Assembly: GCA_002189035.1 (NCBI GenBank)
Contig: NEEC01000023.1
Location: 558,001 to 622,000 of the forward strand
Source of the DNA: Utricularia gibba
Taxonomy: Eukaryota > Plantae > Magnoliophyta
Direction: 5' to 3'
DNA: 64,000 nucleotides
The notes below the pieces were generated by a model. That model was not told where the DNA came from, did not search any database, and worked only from the letters and a program-made list of their open reading frames with translations. The translations under genes and the position numbers were made by a program. Shown in pieces: positions 1-13,216 of this stretch. The stretch's first letter is position 1. Each line of letters begins with the position of its first letter.

Positions 1-267
1 ATTTTTATGACAACAAATTAAATGAGCGATGTACGGGCCTAGAGCGCGAGTCCGGCGCAGCCCTACTCTGGGCCTTGAAATATCATGCACGGTCCAAAAC
101 GAAGCCCACTAAGAGTTCCGTCCAAGTTTAATGGTCTGGACCAGTTCCCAGGTAAAGCCCATTGTACTCTTTTTGTTTCAGGTCTGGCCCAAAACCTCCA
201 TGCATTTTAAATACGGAATATTTCAAATTCTATTATTTTTGAAAATCTTCCAACATTAGCCGACTCT

Positions 268-308
268 GACACGTGTTGACCCGCATGTGCCTGGATCCCC
301 CACGTGTC
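268..308 (+). promoter_or_regulatory. Two ABRE/G-box motifs upstream of the oleosin
   Basis: GACACGTGT at 268-276 and CACGTGTC at 301-308, 70-110 nt before the oleosin ATG; typical of seed-maturation promoters. Confidence 0.55.
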
Positions 309-380
309 TAATAATTCTCCCCCAAGCCCCTTGATATCACGCCCCGGCGGGCTCCCGCCCTCCCTCAGCCACTCTAAAAC

Positions 381-785
381 ATGGAGTTCCCGGCTGAGAG
401 GCCCTCCACGGTGTCCTCCATTCTGCTAAAGCTTAAAGAGCACTCTCCCCACTCCGGAGAGCTCCTGGGTCTCTCCGCCCTCGTCATCTCCGGCGCCGTT
501 CTCCTCCTCTTATCCGGAACCACCCTCACCGCCGCTGCAATCGCTCTAATCATCTTCGTGCCGTTGAGTATCATTACAAGCCCTGTGTGGCTCCCTGTCG
601 GTGCTCTCGTCTTCATCTTAGGCGGAGCGGGTCTTTCGGTTCTCGGGTTCGCGGCGGCGACTGCCAAGACGGTTTCGTGGATTAACCGGTTCTTTCAGAG
701 TGGGAATCCGGTTGGACAGACCCCGTTCGATGATCCGAGAACCCTGGCTTTCGATACGGCAGAGTATGTGACGGATGCTGCTTGA
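381..785 (+). CDS. Oleosin (oil-body protein), intronless, 134 aa
   Basis: Long hydrophobic hairpin with the proline-knot motif P-X5-SP-X3-P (PLSIITSPVWLP). Confidence 0.9.
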   Translation: MEFPAERPSTVSSILLKLKEHSPHSGELLGLSALVISGAVLLLLSGTTLTAAAIALIIFVPLSIITSPVWLPVGALVFILGGAGLSVLGFAAATAKTVSWINRFFQSGNPVGQTPFDDPRTLAFDTAEYVTDAA

Positions 786-927
786 ATGTTTAGTAAAATT
801 GTTGCGTGGTCTATTTCTTCTTAATATTTTCATTTTATCCCTGGAAAACTTACAAATTACCTGTTCAGTGAAATCAATTTCCCTATACATTTTTTAAATT
901 AATTAATGAAATTTCCTTCGTTTTGTG

Positions 928-1364
928 ATGGGCTCCGGAAGGTCCATGGGCTTTTACAAAACGGATTTCTCTCCTTTGGGCTTTAACCTATAGAATTTAT
1001 CAGTTCCCCTCTTCTTTTCACAATTCTCTCCCGCGTGCGCTACAGAGACGTCCACCGCAAGCCCCCCGGTGACGCCGGCGGTGAGTCAGAAGGTGGCGAC
1101 GAGGAAGTCTCCGCATTTGCCGACAGTTCAAGTGCCGGCGTCGAGTCCAGCTCTCTTGAGTTCCGCAGAAAGCTCTACAAAGACTCTGATGAAGCCTCCA
1201 CGAGCTCAGCGACGTCTTCTGCAAGCACGCCGATTTCCGCGGTCTCGCCTCCGGTGAGCCGTCGCCGCCTCCCACGACCATGGAAACTTAGTCGGTTCCT
1301 ACGGCCCGATAGAGTCTCCAACAAGTCCAAGCAATCTTCACACTCAAAAAGGTACAAGGATTAG
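928..1364 (+). CDS. Possible small Ser-rich hypothetical protein
   Basis: GC-rich open frame 1035-1364. A speculative exon 928-941 (ATGGGCTCCGGAAG/gt ... ag/ at 1045) would give MGSGRDVHRKPP; the donor is weak and no family is recognised. Confidence 0.25.
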
Positions 1365-1799
1365 TATAGAAAGACGGGTTACTTTAACATCTGAAGGTCA
1401 CATGCATCCCACGTGATATGGTCAATCAGGCCCGCTGGATTTAATAATTTTTAATTATATTCCAACAAAATAAAAATAAAAATAAATAAATAATTTGAAT
1501 TCATTCTTTAGAAATTGAACCTCTATTTTCAAATATACGGAATTTTAATTTGAAGGCAAGCGTCAGCAATGTGGATTAATTTGATTGATAATTGCATGAG
1601 GCCCCCGTTGGTCAATTGTTGAAAGGGATAGGTCACGATAGGGGAGGGGCATCGAGGATTGCGAAATTGGTCCACGTCCGAATCCGATGCGGGACGCTGA
1701 GAGACGAGCCGGTCGCTGACTCACTGTTCACCATCATCTTCAACACCTCCCTCAATCGTGCGACTAATCAATTATTTAATTAGGGTTTTAGGACAGAGA

Positions 1800-2845
1800 G
1801 GAGATTAGGTTCCTCAGCTCGCAACTGGGGAACGTCGATGTCATCGTCCATTGAGGGAATTCTGCTGCATTATCTATCATTTATAAAAACACCCACAAAG
1901 TTGAATACATAGGGGACCATGGTTCCCCCACCTCCCTTTCGCCATAAATATGTATCACATCACATATTCAAGTCGAGGGTGGGTTTTCTTGGGGGGCAAT
2001 GGTCACTGTTTTCCCATGAAATCTTCCATTCTTCTCTATGTATCTGCTCTTCAGCGTGTCTCCTGCACTTGCTGAACATATCTTTCCTACCAGTGGTAAT
2101 AACTACCATGAAACGAGATGGTTCCATTGATACTGAACTGGTTTCCAGTGTGAAAATGGAGGAACATGTCTAACTCTCAATATAATCTTGTGATCCTGGA
2201 TTGCTTTCGTGCTGATTTGTAGCTAGCTCACAGATGTAGGCGCCCTTTAAAGTTGACTGTCACGGACTCACGAGCCATGTCCACAGACCTGTTCTGTGTT
2301 ATTCCTTCTAGGCGATAGAAGGTGTTGAAGGGGGAATAGAAGAAACCCATGGCCAGAGCAGAGGTTGGTGTGGTCCAAATTCCAGCCCATCCTGCTCAAT
2401 CAAAACTCACCCGAATAGAGCTTGGCGATGCCACTTCAGAGCTTCGTCGTGAATCCCACATCGTAGAAAAGGAATTCATGTTGAGTCTCATAATGGGGAT
2501 GAACTTTAAGTCATCAAAGCGTAGTTTTAATTAATCAAGTACGATTTTTTCTGCAGAGGGAGGGAGGGTGAATCCAGGGAGGCAGGATGCGCAGTGGGAT
2601 TGTGATTTGGGGAGTCGTGGAGCGGGAGTGGATGGACAAAGGGAATGTGTAGGCACAAAAGATGTAATGAGAGTTGTGGAGGGTGAGAGCAATCGTGTTG
2701 GCTACGGACAAAATTGTAATGGGGGGAAGGAAAACGACCATTCACCCCATTGTTGCAGGAAACAGACCTGCGCTGCTGCATGGCTTCATTATTGTACGGA
2801 CTCAGATATCTTATCTGTGTTCCCCCTCCCACTCACGCCATGAAT
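1800..2845 (-). mobile_element. Degenerate LINE (L1-type) 3-prime remnant
   Basis: Stop-riddled minus-strand frames resemble LINE ORF2 segments in the expected order: VGGGTQIRY..RFPSPHYNFVRSQH (post-RT region), LKVHP..LSRMGWNLDHTNLCS..LQHLL..TEQV (zf-RVT-like), KISW..PP..LDLN..RKGGGG (RNase H-like start). Confidence 0.4.
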
Positions 2846-5800
2846 GAATCGTGTTCTCACGACCCCAACCGTCCCGTTCCACGTCCATCCGCCCCGTAGG
2901 AAGCCTCACTCGTCCTCCATTCCTCATCAGTGAGATCAACCCTCAACGAACTCACTATTATAACAATATATTACATGTCAAAATTTTATATATTACTAAT
3001 AATCGATTGAATTTAATTTTTATAATATAATCCATATTTATTGTATACTTGAAATTCTTAACGTGCTATCTATCTCATCTGTGAGATCTTGAATTACAAC
3101 ACTTATTTCCTACATCTCATGGGTTTCCATTCTCCACGCTCATCACCTCCCCCACATGGGCGTCTTTCTCTCTATCCCTGAGTTGCTTAGGTCCAAACAT
3201 GCTTTGTGCAAGTTCCCATCTTGATTCATTCTTCTCTGAGCCATTGTTGTCTAACTGATGAAGAAGCTTTCTGTGGGATGTATTAATTAATCACTCTCGA
3301 ATCTGTTCAGACATTGTTTCACTGGTAATCCATCTCCATCTCCACCAACTCCAAACCCTCAGACGCTATACCCAGGAAGCAGGAGGGGTGTGAAATACTT
3401 CTGTTACGCTCTACTCGTCGTGGTCCCTTCGTCCGTCACATGATCCTATTGCAGCATGCCCACTGGATGAAGGTGTGCAATCATCGTGTGCTCGCTTAGG
3501 AGGACGACGTCGCACAGTCACTAAAACTACAGGGCACTGCTTCTGCTAGTGTCCATTAATGTAGCAGATGAAAAGGAAAAGAAAACGCAACGGAGCAGTC
3601 ACTCATCCGTGTCTTGGCTAACCCAATACCAATCCAGTGTCAACGTGTGAGGTGAGCCTCCCAAGAGAGAGGCGTATGAGGGGAAGAATTTACACAAATA
3701 TATAGAAGTATATTATTTGAAATCATGAAAAGCCATAAAATTCCTTACACATTTTGGAGGATTCGATCGTGACAATGTTTTTTAATACATTTAATTTTGT
3801 ATATTCATTCTACTTAATCTCATACTTTATCTCATAAATGATGGATGTGAGATTCACCTAAATTGATTATACCACCCTTACTTGAGGGGAGCCTTACATT
3901 TCACAATATTAATGATTTATAATGTAAAACAATTAAATCGTGATTCCATTAAATATTAATATAAAATCATTTTAATTTATAAAACAAACCATTTCATGTA
4001 AAAATGGATCAATATCAACCCTTTACCGTTCGTATATACTTCTTCCACGAGGGTAAAAATTCTTAAATTACCAAATCGAAAACTAGGGTTTTTCCTTTAT
4101 TTTGGGAATTGAATCATTTTACATGCACCCAGAAAGGCGTGTGCGGCTGGGTTTAGGACACGCCATTTAAAGGAAGGTTGGTGTTAGTTTTAACAAAGGA
4201 CATCTGCAGGTGAATCGGCCAGGTGGCACTCTCAGATTGGCTCGATATTCCAAACCCTTGAAACAAAAAAATCATGAAACAATTCTCATTTTAAATAACG
4301 GGAAAAGCAAACTTTTTATTTTATTAACAATATTTATTAAAAAAACTTTTTGAAAAGTAAAAATTAAACAGTCTTTTATATTTGAAAATGGATTCACGGA
4401 ATTATAATATTCAGGCTGCTGGTCTGTTGGGGAAAGTCCAAAACCAGTAAGCCAACAAGCTCGCTTTTTGTGGAAAGGTGTGGACCAACGAATCAGAGGC
4501 TTCAACGGTCTGGATTCTTCCCCACGAACTAAGCATGCCTTTTTTTAAACCTAATTATGAAAATTATGATAATGATTAGTATAATACAAATAAGAGGCCA
4601 TTTAATTATTTTTTTTATAAAATCAATATTTAAAATAATAGAATTTGATACGACAATATACTATTTTTTTTAATTTTTTGTTAATTTGAATAATATTGTA
4701 AGTTTCTTACAATATCCTAAATTATATGAGAAACATTATGTGTTTAAATAGATTAGATTTTTTAATTTTGTATGAGATTTTTTCGTCGAAAGTGAAAAAT
4801 ATAAAATCGTGAAAAATTAAGTAATTGAAAATAATAATATTGCATGAAAATAAAATAGATCATTATATTTGATATTAAAATCAAATGCGTGTGTCGTTGC
4901 AAATGTAGTTTAAAAATATATAAGCACATTCAATTAATGGATCGAACCGACCAAATCTAATACCAATTAATCGGTTAGTTTGTCGATTTTAAAGGTTAAT
5001 CGATGGGAGCACCACACATGTGGAGTGCGCCGGTTGATTTGGTTGGCAGAATGCACATTTAGTGATTTGAGCACCACACGACATTGAAGAGGGAAAGCGA
5101 GTTTTTTAGAAGATCGGAAGTGGTTTAGTTAATAAATTAATGATCCCGACCTCGAAATCTACGTTGCCAGCGTGGCATGTGGGTCCCCCCAACCCCCACA
5201 ATGCCTCCGAATTTAACTCCAAATAACGCGTGCTCATTTAAAAATAATATACGAATTTTATGAGGGTATTATCGACTTTTCCTGTCCCGCAGCAAGCATG
5301 CCTTACTTGATTCAATCTCTTAAATAATAGTTTTATTTTTTTAAATATAATTAAATAATATTTATTTAATATTATGTTTTGCGTACGGACGTAAAACCTA
5401 TATATATTAATGTTTTTTTTAGGTTGTCTCTGTCTTTGTGATTGTTGCTAGAATTTGTTTACTTTAGTTAAAAATATGTAGTAATGGAATTGGAAAATGG
5501 AGAATGGGAAATTGGGCATATAGGCGTGGCCCCTCCCTTCATTGATTTTCAAAATACCCGCGATCTCTCTCTGTCACTACTTTTCTTTCTCTGTCTCTCT
5601 GCTTCTGCGGCGATTCCCGTATCAATCTGCCGTACCCGTGTCTACAAGATTTCGCAGATTTTGGCAGTCTGCTTCCTCTTCGCGAAGCTGCAGATGCTCT
5701 CCAGCGTTTTCCGCTCCATCTCTCTGTGTGATCTGCCACATTCTTTCATCTCTCCTCTCGCCGGAACTGAAAATTGGCATGCAGAAAGCGCGAACCCTTG

Positions 5801-6730
5801 CGATTACGGTAGCTTCTTCGTTGCCTGATTTCACTTTTTCCGCCACGGAAGGAACGCACGTTTTGTCTACGGTCTGATCCTGATCCGGGTTTTTTCACGC
5901 TCTTCTTCCGCGTGCTTTTTTTTTTTTGGAATTTGGGGTGAAATCGAAGAAAGGTATATCATATTTTGTGGACGATCGTATCCTCATCGTGGCGGTTACG
6001 GATACCTAATTCCGCTGCTTGATTCTCTCACCTTTTCGTTTGCGATCTGATCGTCATGGTTTCGACGGCTTCTCCGATTCCGCGCTTTTGACGGTTGTAC
6101 CGCTCGTGATTTTGGCAAGTTCGTGTGAAGTGGAAATAGGTACTCAAATTTCATAAGCCTGGAGATGAATTTCCGTGTTTGCCTGTTTTCTATTTCTCAT
6201 GAATATCTCCGGAAACAGGGGAAATGGCCGGAGCTCCACGGTGCAGGTCGCCGGACAGTGGCTGCATTCCAGGTTACAGACGGTTTCCCCCTTTTCTTTT
6301 GACGCCTTTTTCAAAAATGCGATACACACTTTCTTTACAAAGGTAGTTTCTAAAACCATGCTTTTCCCTCACACACTACTTTTTTTGCATCGCTTTAATA
6401 AAGATACAAAATCGTTTTTGGAAAATAGAAGGAAATGAACTGGTAAGGGGAATAAATACTATTTATGTAGTAAGACAAAGAACAGATCCGTTTTTACAGA
6501 TAAACAAACTTTTCTAATGATAATTTGGACCATTTATCATAACCGACACGTTCTTTTTTTCCATTTTTTTCCCACATGGAAGTCAAGAAATGGGCCTTTT
6601 GGAGAAGATTTTTTGTGGGCCTATTTAAAGTTCTTGGGTATGTGGATTTTGGATGAGTCCATTTTTGGAATTTGTCGTATTTTTCGTTCCGTGGTGAAGA
6701 TTCATCTGTCAACTAGGTTATAGTAGCGAG

Positions 6731-9700
6731 ATGGCGTGGGATAGAACGATGAGTAGATTCATTGACATTTTGGTTTCGGATTTTTGTTGCAGGCGTTTAT
6801 CAGAATCAGAAGCAGAAAGCTTTCACCGGATTCTTCTGGGGTCGTTGCTTTGATTACCACGGAGGCATTGGCGAAGAAAAGGTTATGATTTTTTCTTTAT
6901 TGTTTTTATATGTTTTTCATTGTTTTCGTTGTGGCCCACTGATGTGCCTGAAGCGCAGGTATTGGGGTGGAATTCCACTGGACGTGCAACTGGAGCGCAG
7001 CCCACGAAGTTTCAAGAGAAAACATTGCACACGGGAATCCAGCGCAGTGCTGTTTCCAGATTCATTTGGAATGTGCGTCGAGAAAGGAAGAGGGTTCCAG
7101 AGAGCGATGAAGGGGTAAACATTGCAATTAGTAGTGAATCGAATGCGGCAACCAATGATGGAGAAGGCCTTTTTAGAAGCTTCACATACCCCCGAGAATC
7201 CCGTCATGTGTCTGAAGACTTGGAGGCATTTTGTAAATCTGGAAGCAGCGACTCTTCTAAATTTGGACTGCCTAATCTTCAGGGTAATGCCGATGAGGTA
7301 CATCTTTCTGATGATGAGGACTCTGGAAACTCGCCCAAATCCTTGCTTGATGGTCATTTTTCAGATATAAAAATTGATCCTGTCAGTACAAGACCAGTCT
7401 TGAAGCCCTGTAAATGCGTAGGGAATGATGAATCATATCCTGGGAAGTATGACACCTCCTGCCTTTTTCCAATTCGCAAAGACCGGTTGCTACTCGAACC
7501 AGGCTTTCGCCCCATTGAAAATACTTTTTGTGTAGAAGAGGAATGTAAACCTCACAGGAATCATGCAGAAAGTAAGCTTCCAACGGGGATTGTGGTTCTC
7601 AAGCCTACTCATCAGAAACAGCATAAAAGTGTGGAGGGTGATCGGAAAGTACCTCTCAGAAGGAAAGTTTCATTGTATAGTGAGGGATTTTATATACCTG
7701 AATCTCATGAAGCGAGTGAGGTGGCTCGGGCTGTTACAAGGCGAACAAGAGATGCGTGTTTGAAGTCCTCCTGTTGTAGGAGATATTCACGCTGTCAACA
7801 TTCGTATAATGGTTATTCTGGTGAGTTTGGAGTTGAGACGGATGTGCTTAAAATGCAGAGGAGCTGCGATAATTGGAGATGCTCCTCTAGTTCATTCAAT
7901 GCTAGAGATAAGCTTGGACTCGAGCCACAGATGTTCAAGTTGCCCTTGAGAGGTGATAAGAGGCTCGAGTACAAATCATTCCGTTCATTCAGCGCTCATG
8001 CTGGTGAATGCAGAGCTGAATCGGATATGCTTCTATTTCCATTAAAATGCGGCAAATGGTGTACGCCTCCATCTTCTAGCCCATCCGAATGGTCTGCTAA
8101 TATGATCACTAAAAGGGTTTTAGAGAGGTGGAAGGTAACTGATAGATATCGCGAGCTGGAATTTGGTGATTGTGGTCAAACTCTTGCCATGTCTGGTGGA
8201 AAAGTCATTCTCACAAATTTAGACTCCATATCAAAGCTTGATATAATTCATGAAAGTCGATTTGGTGGATACAATAGGAGTGTCTCAGATGGTTTTGGCA
8301 TGCCCTACTGTGATGGTAGAAAGGTCGATAAGCACATGACTTTATCCAGATCAATGTCGTTTCCTTACTCAGGAAGCGGGAGGAGTCAAAGAAAAAGCTT
8401 CTGTAACCGTGCTTTGTTTAAAAATAAGCATATTGTCGTTTCCAGGCTTCAACTTTGTGGCAGAAACAAACATATCAGGGAAAGCATAATTGTCAAAGAA
8501 AATCAGGCATCACCATATTCTTCAAATTCCAGGACAAGAATATCTCAGTCTGCTAAGACTAGGCACTTCAGTGTGGTCTCTGCTCAGTTTGAGCTCAAAA
8601 TGGAGGCCAGTATCAAGAGCTTCTGCGAACAGCCTTGCATGAGCCAGATTTCAACAAAAATCGGCTGCACCTTATCCTCTGATGCAGAAAAAGAAATTAA
8701 ATTTACTAATGATAAAGAGGAGTTGTGCATCCAGGTTTGAATCTTCACTTACATAGCCATACATTCCTTTGTTAATTTCACTACTTTGGTTCCAACATTT
8801 TGATTGCTATTTATGCTTCTGTAACCACCTGAAAGACTATCTGAAGAATAATTTCCTTTGGTATAGTGTCATGAAGCTGGTAGGACTTCATCAGACAACC
8901 CCAAGGGCACCGATCGTTCTGATCTTCTGTTGGGCTCTGAGGCCTGTTTCAAGCAATGTAAATCATCGGATGTAGAGGATGTTGACGATCTCACTGCTTT
9001 TGAAGTGAAAGGTACGATTTATTCGCACCCCGTTAATCATCAATTGCTTTGATCTAAGAAGCTTATTCTGACTTGTTCAAGCAACTTCTCCTTGTTTCAC
9101 TAAATGTCTTGAAGTATTCCGTCATAGTCTAAAATCTCTGTGTGTTGCGATTACCTTATTCCTGAAAAGAGACAACCCATTGCAGTGTATGATCTCTCTT
9201 GTTTCTTATTTGTAGAGGTAGAAGAAAAACCAAAGCATGTCGACATGCAGAGTCTCCACCATCCAAGCTCATCCTGCTCCCTCCCTTCCAACTGGGATTT
9301 CTCTCAAATTCCCATAGACATCTCACCGGATGTTGAAGCGTGGGAATGTTCATTTGCTCTCAAGGCGTTGGCTCAGTGTGGCGTCGACAAATCTGGGTTG
9401 GACAAGATCCGCGCATTTTGGAAGCATATGCCGGATTACCATCGGAACCCATCACTCCTTGATAAGTTTGAGACGAAACGCAACGAAGGGACGACAACAA
9501 GGTTACGGTCCGAGCGGATGCTCGTGCTTGACAGAATAAATATCGCAATCATGGATCGGTTCCGGCACCAAGTTGGCATCCATCCGTGGGTTAACCCAAG
9601 AATAGCAGCAGCTTGTTCTTACAAAGATGAGAACGCCCTAGTGAAGTTGATCCGGCAAGAATCCTCAAATGGATGGCTACCGGAGAGACTGCGGTTCGAT

Positions 9701-9805
9701 CCCGAGATGGTATGGGGTGATTCGAACCGAGTTATCGACATCATCGGCAACGAGATCGAGTCCTCGTTGACGGATGACTTGTTGGGAGAGTTTCTGCTGG
9801 ACTAG
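6731..9805 (+). CDS. TON1-recruiting motif (TRM) / DUF3741-DUF4378 family protein
   Basis: Exons 6793-6881, 6959-8734, 8867-9011 and 9216-9805 join in phase. Motifs GFFWGRCFDYH, PTGIVVLKP, KRVLERWK and C-terminal IGNEIESSLTDDLLGEFL (DUF4378). Start codon uncertain. Confidence 0.8.
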
Positions 9806-9857
9806 CAGTTAACTCTCCCTAGTTCGTGGCATTGTATTTCTTCAGCATTTGCAGCCA

Positions 9858-9895
9858 GATTGCTGATTGCTGATTGCTGATTGCTGATTGCTGAT
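9858..9895. repeat. (GATTGCT)5 heptamer tandem repeat
   Basis: Five perfect units between the 3-prime ends of two convergent genes. Confidence 0.9.
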
Positions 9896-9942
9896 GTGAA
9901 CAATGGGGATGGGATGAAGCCCTCTCTGTGCTTGAATTCAGG

Positions 9943-10590
9943 TCATTTAAAGGGGACTGAAAGTGTGTACAGTAAAAGCAGAGTAACTATAAGAATTGCT
10001 AGGCCAAGAGTGAAGCCGGTGCTGGTCCATACCTTGAGATTGGATCTCTCCGTTCTTTTGATCGGATCGACTTCCTCCGACAGTGGGAAATCCGACCGTC
10101 TCGGGTTCCAGCTAACGTACTTGTCCGGAGAAAAGTCTGAAAACAGCGCCTTCTTCCCTCGCTTCCGGAAGCTCGACCATGCCTTGTCCCAATCTGTTGA
10201 GAATTTGTCACCTGCGTGCAGTCACAGAGCTTCTGCTAAATCAATGACGATCATGAATCTCCACTTTGCTCTAGACAGTTATGATGGTGAAGAATAGCAG
10301 GATATCAGATCAATTTCGGAAATTAAAAGCAAATGGGGGCTCCAGAAAAGTCATCCGTGATTGAAGATAAGCCACCCAAAATTCAGCAGAACAGAAGGAA
10401 GGAAGCATCAGATGACTGAGTTGAGAGCAAGGACCTTTACTGGGATCAACGCCGTCGCCGTTCTCCGGGGGCGGGGCGGCGGAGGCCTTTTTGCGCATAT
10501 AGGGCTGGAGAACCTGCTGCTGATTGAGAAACTATTCCATAAATTACAAGAGTACAGGGATGCGGTTGCGCCGCGAAAGCGAATGTCCAT
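9943..10590 (-). CDS. Conserved uncharacterised plastid-targeted single-pass membrane protein, with a frameshift in exon 1
   Basis: Exon 2 (10211-9943) encodes DKFSTDWDKAWSSFRKRGKK..SEEVDPIKRTERSNL..TM, a conserved plant protein I recall as At2g36895-like. Exon 1 (10590-10441) is a Ser-rich transit peptide that needs +1 nt to join. Confidence 0.75.
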
Positions 10591-11209
10591 GGGAGTTTCT
10601 GCTTCCGGAATTTGAGCCACAAAACCTTCCCCTGTCAAGAAACTCGCGAGGTGGAGAGTCGAACACGGAGGTCGGGTGATCAGATCCCAACAAATTCAGA
10701 TTTCTTTTTTTCCGAGAAAATATTAATTCATATTATCCAAATCGTATTAATTATTATTTTTTAAGGTGGGTCGGGTCGGCCCAGCTAGAGAGTCCAGCCC
10801 ATGTACTACTGGGCTCTGCTTGCCTAGACGGTCCGGCCCGTGACTTCCTCTATTTATAGTCAGTCTAGCCCATAGTTCAGAATGTCAGATCGATCGGAAG
10901 GCTGAGTTAGGCCACCCGTCGACGCCCAGATCGAGAGATTAGCTTCACATTGGAAAAAACCAACGGTGTTGATAAACTCCAACCCTAGTCCCCCAATCTC
11001 TCTCGATCTTAGTCGTCGTCTCGCTCGTAACGGTTTCTCGACCCTCCGATCTCTCTCGCGCCTAAATACATATTAACCCACGTCGTGTGAGCTTGTAGAA
11101 TTTATTTCTCGCTCTCTCTCTATACATTTTTCACTGATTTGTGAATCTGTTGTTTTTTCTTCGTGTTGATGTTGGGTTATGGGTTACGCAGGTTTCGTTT
11201 TCTTTTTTG

Positions 11210-12449
11210 ATGGCGGATTGTCATGGAGGGCCGGGAAGTCCCGCCGGTGGAGGGAATGAGAGTGGTGGCGATCAGAGCCCGCGCGGTGTTCGCGAGCAGG
11301 ATAGGTTTTTGCCAATCGCTAATATTAGCCGTATCATGAAGAAGGCGCTCCCTGCTAATGGGAAGATTGCTAAAGATGCTAAGGAGACTGTTCAGGAGTG
11401 TGTTTCTGAGTTTATTAGCTTCATCACGAGCGAGTATGTTTTAAAGTTGGATTCTTTTTTTGGCGGGTTGTGTTGGGTACAGTGCCTGAAATTAAGGTGT
11501 TATCTTTCGCTGAACATTGAAGGGCTAGTGATAAGTGCCAAAGGGAGAAAAGAAAGACAATCAATGGTGATGATTTGTTATGGGCCATGGCAACTCTAGG
11601 CTTCGAAGATTACATTGATCCGCTTAAGGTGTACCTGTCTCGGTACCGCGAGGTAATGATCTTTTGGCTAGTCATTCCTCCGAAGTAGGAGATGGAGTTT
11701 TATGTATGCGTACCTTCTGGTACCAAGAAACTTTTAGCAATACTGACGCATATTTTTTTGTGTTGCTGTCATACTCATTCGATGTCTATGTTCATGCCCT
11801 GGCAGATTGAGGTACGGAAAACTGAACTAAAACTCCCTTTCAGTGTCTGAAAACTCTTTGTTCTGCTTGTACGGACACTTATCTATTCCTTGCACAGGGT
11901 GATTCCAAGGGATCCGCAAAAGGCTCAGATGGATCCGCAAGAAAGGATGGAGCGCAACCTGGTTCAGGTTCACAGGTTGCTATCCCACGGTCTTATTAGA
12001 AGGGTTACATTTTAACCCCTCTCTTGCACGCAAATCCCATTATTTTGACATGTACTGACATTTATCCTTGATGGCACTTCTCGCTCAGCAGGGGTCTTTT
12101 TCACAGGGCATGAATTATGCGAACTCTCAGGTATTCAGATCTTCGTAACTGTTTAAAACTCTGCGTCATGTGACTGAAATTGTAAATATTTTCATGGGAA
12201 AGTTGTCGCCCCATCAGCCATTTGTTGGTGATGAATTGTGCACGCTTGGAAATATAGCTTAGTCCCTGATATGCACGACACAGCTATTGTTTTTCTCATT
12301 AATTTCACATGTCTTTGTGAGTTCTTTTATCAAAACACCTGATGTGAAGAACGAGGTTCAAATCTCCTTACTCCCCACATTTATGATTTCTACTCTTCCA
12401 GAGCCGCTCTCCACACCTGATGGTACCTATCATTCCAGGCATGGACTAA
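11210..12449 (+). CDS. NF-YB: Nuclear factor Y subunit B (NF-YB8/B10-like)
   Basis: Histone-fold [40 protein letters not shown]. Exons 11210-11433, 11523-11652, 11806-11811, 11898-11975, ~12089/12092-12130, 12402-12449. Confidence 0.95.
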
Positions 12450-13216
12450 AATTTGATGAGGGCAGCTCCACCCTTGCTGTTTGTTGCAGGGGACTGATAC
12501 CTGAAGCAAGTCTCGCAATGTGCTTTCATGTTTGTGTATAATGTGGACCGAGATTTCTGGCACACGGGCTCCAGATGTTTGTATCTTCCTCTATTTAGAA
12601 CTTGTGTATGAACAAGGTTCATGTTTCATGGTCCCATTTGGCTCAGATTACACTTGCTTCATTCTTGTGCTCGATGAATCCTATTATTGACTTTCATTTA
12701 GCTCTATTTAAGTTAGTTAATACATGGATTTTGATGAACTCTATTCTTGCTCTGTCGTCCATACGAATATATGTGCAAGCTGAAGGCTTGCAGACAACAG
12801 AACTAGTTAGAGGAACAGAACCAACAGCAGGTTTTCTTTTTTCTTTTCTCCCGTACCATCAGGAGATATCGGACCCAAACCTGTTGAGCTTGAGCCATGT
12901 TAGAAAATTCACGCCCGGTTTGGCTCGTGAGCAGCTCGGACCCGGTTTTCTAATTTGTGCGGTGGAGGGTGGGCTTGGGGGTTTAAAAAAGTAGCCGTTG
13001 TTTTAAACGCTTTCTTTTAAGGAATATATAATTAATTCTAATTATAAGATTTCCGTGAACCGCTCCCTTATATTTCAAAATTCTCCCAACCTCCCTTCCC
13101 TTTCATCCCCGGATTCGCTTTTTCAATCGACGGTTGCAGTCAGATTCTGGCGACCGATCGACCGAAGACCGCTACTAATTGAGGCCAGTTTCTCCGATTG
13201 CGCGGCTACTGGAAAA

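Noticed and set aside
2017-2130. Signal-peptide-like sequence (MKSSILLYV/LLFSVSPALAEH) on the plus strand
   Set aside because: It needs a frameshift outside a homopolymer run and overlaps the antisense of the probable LINE remnant
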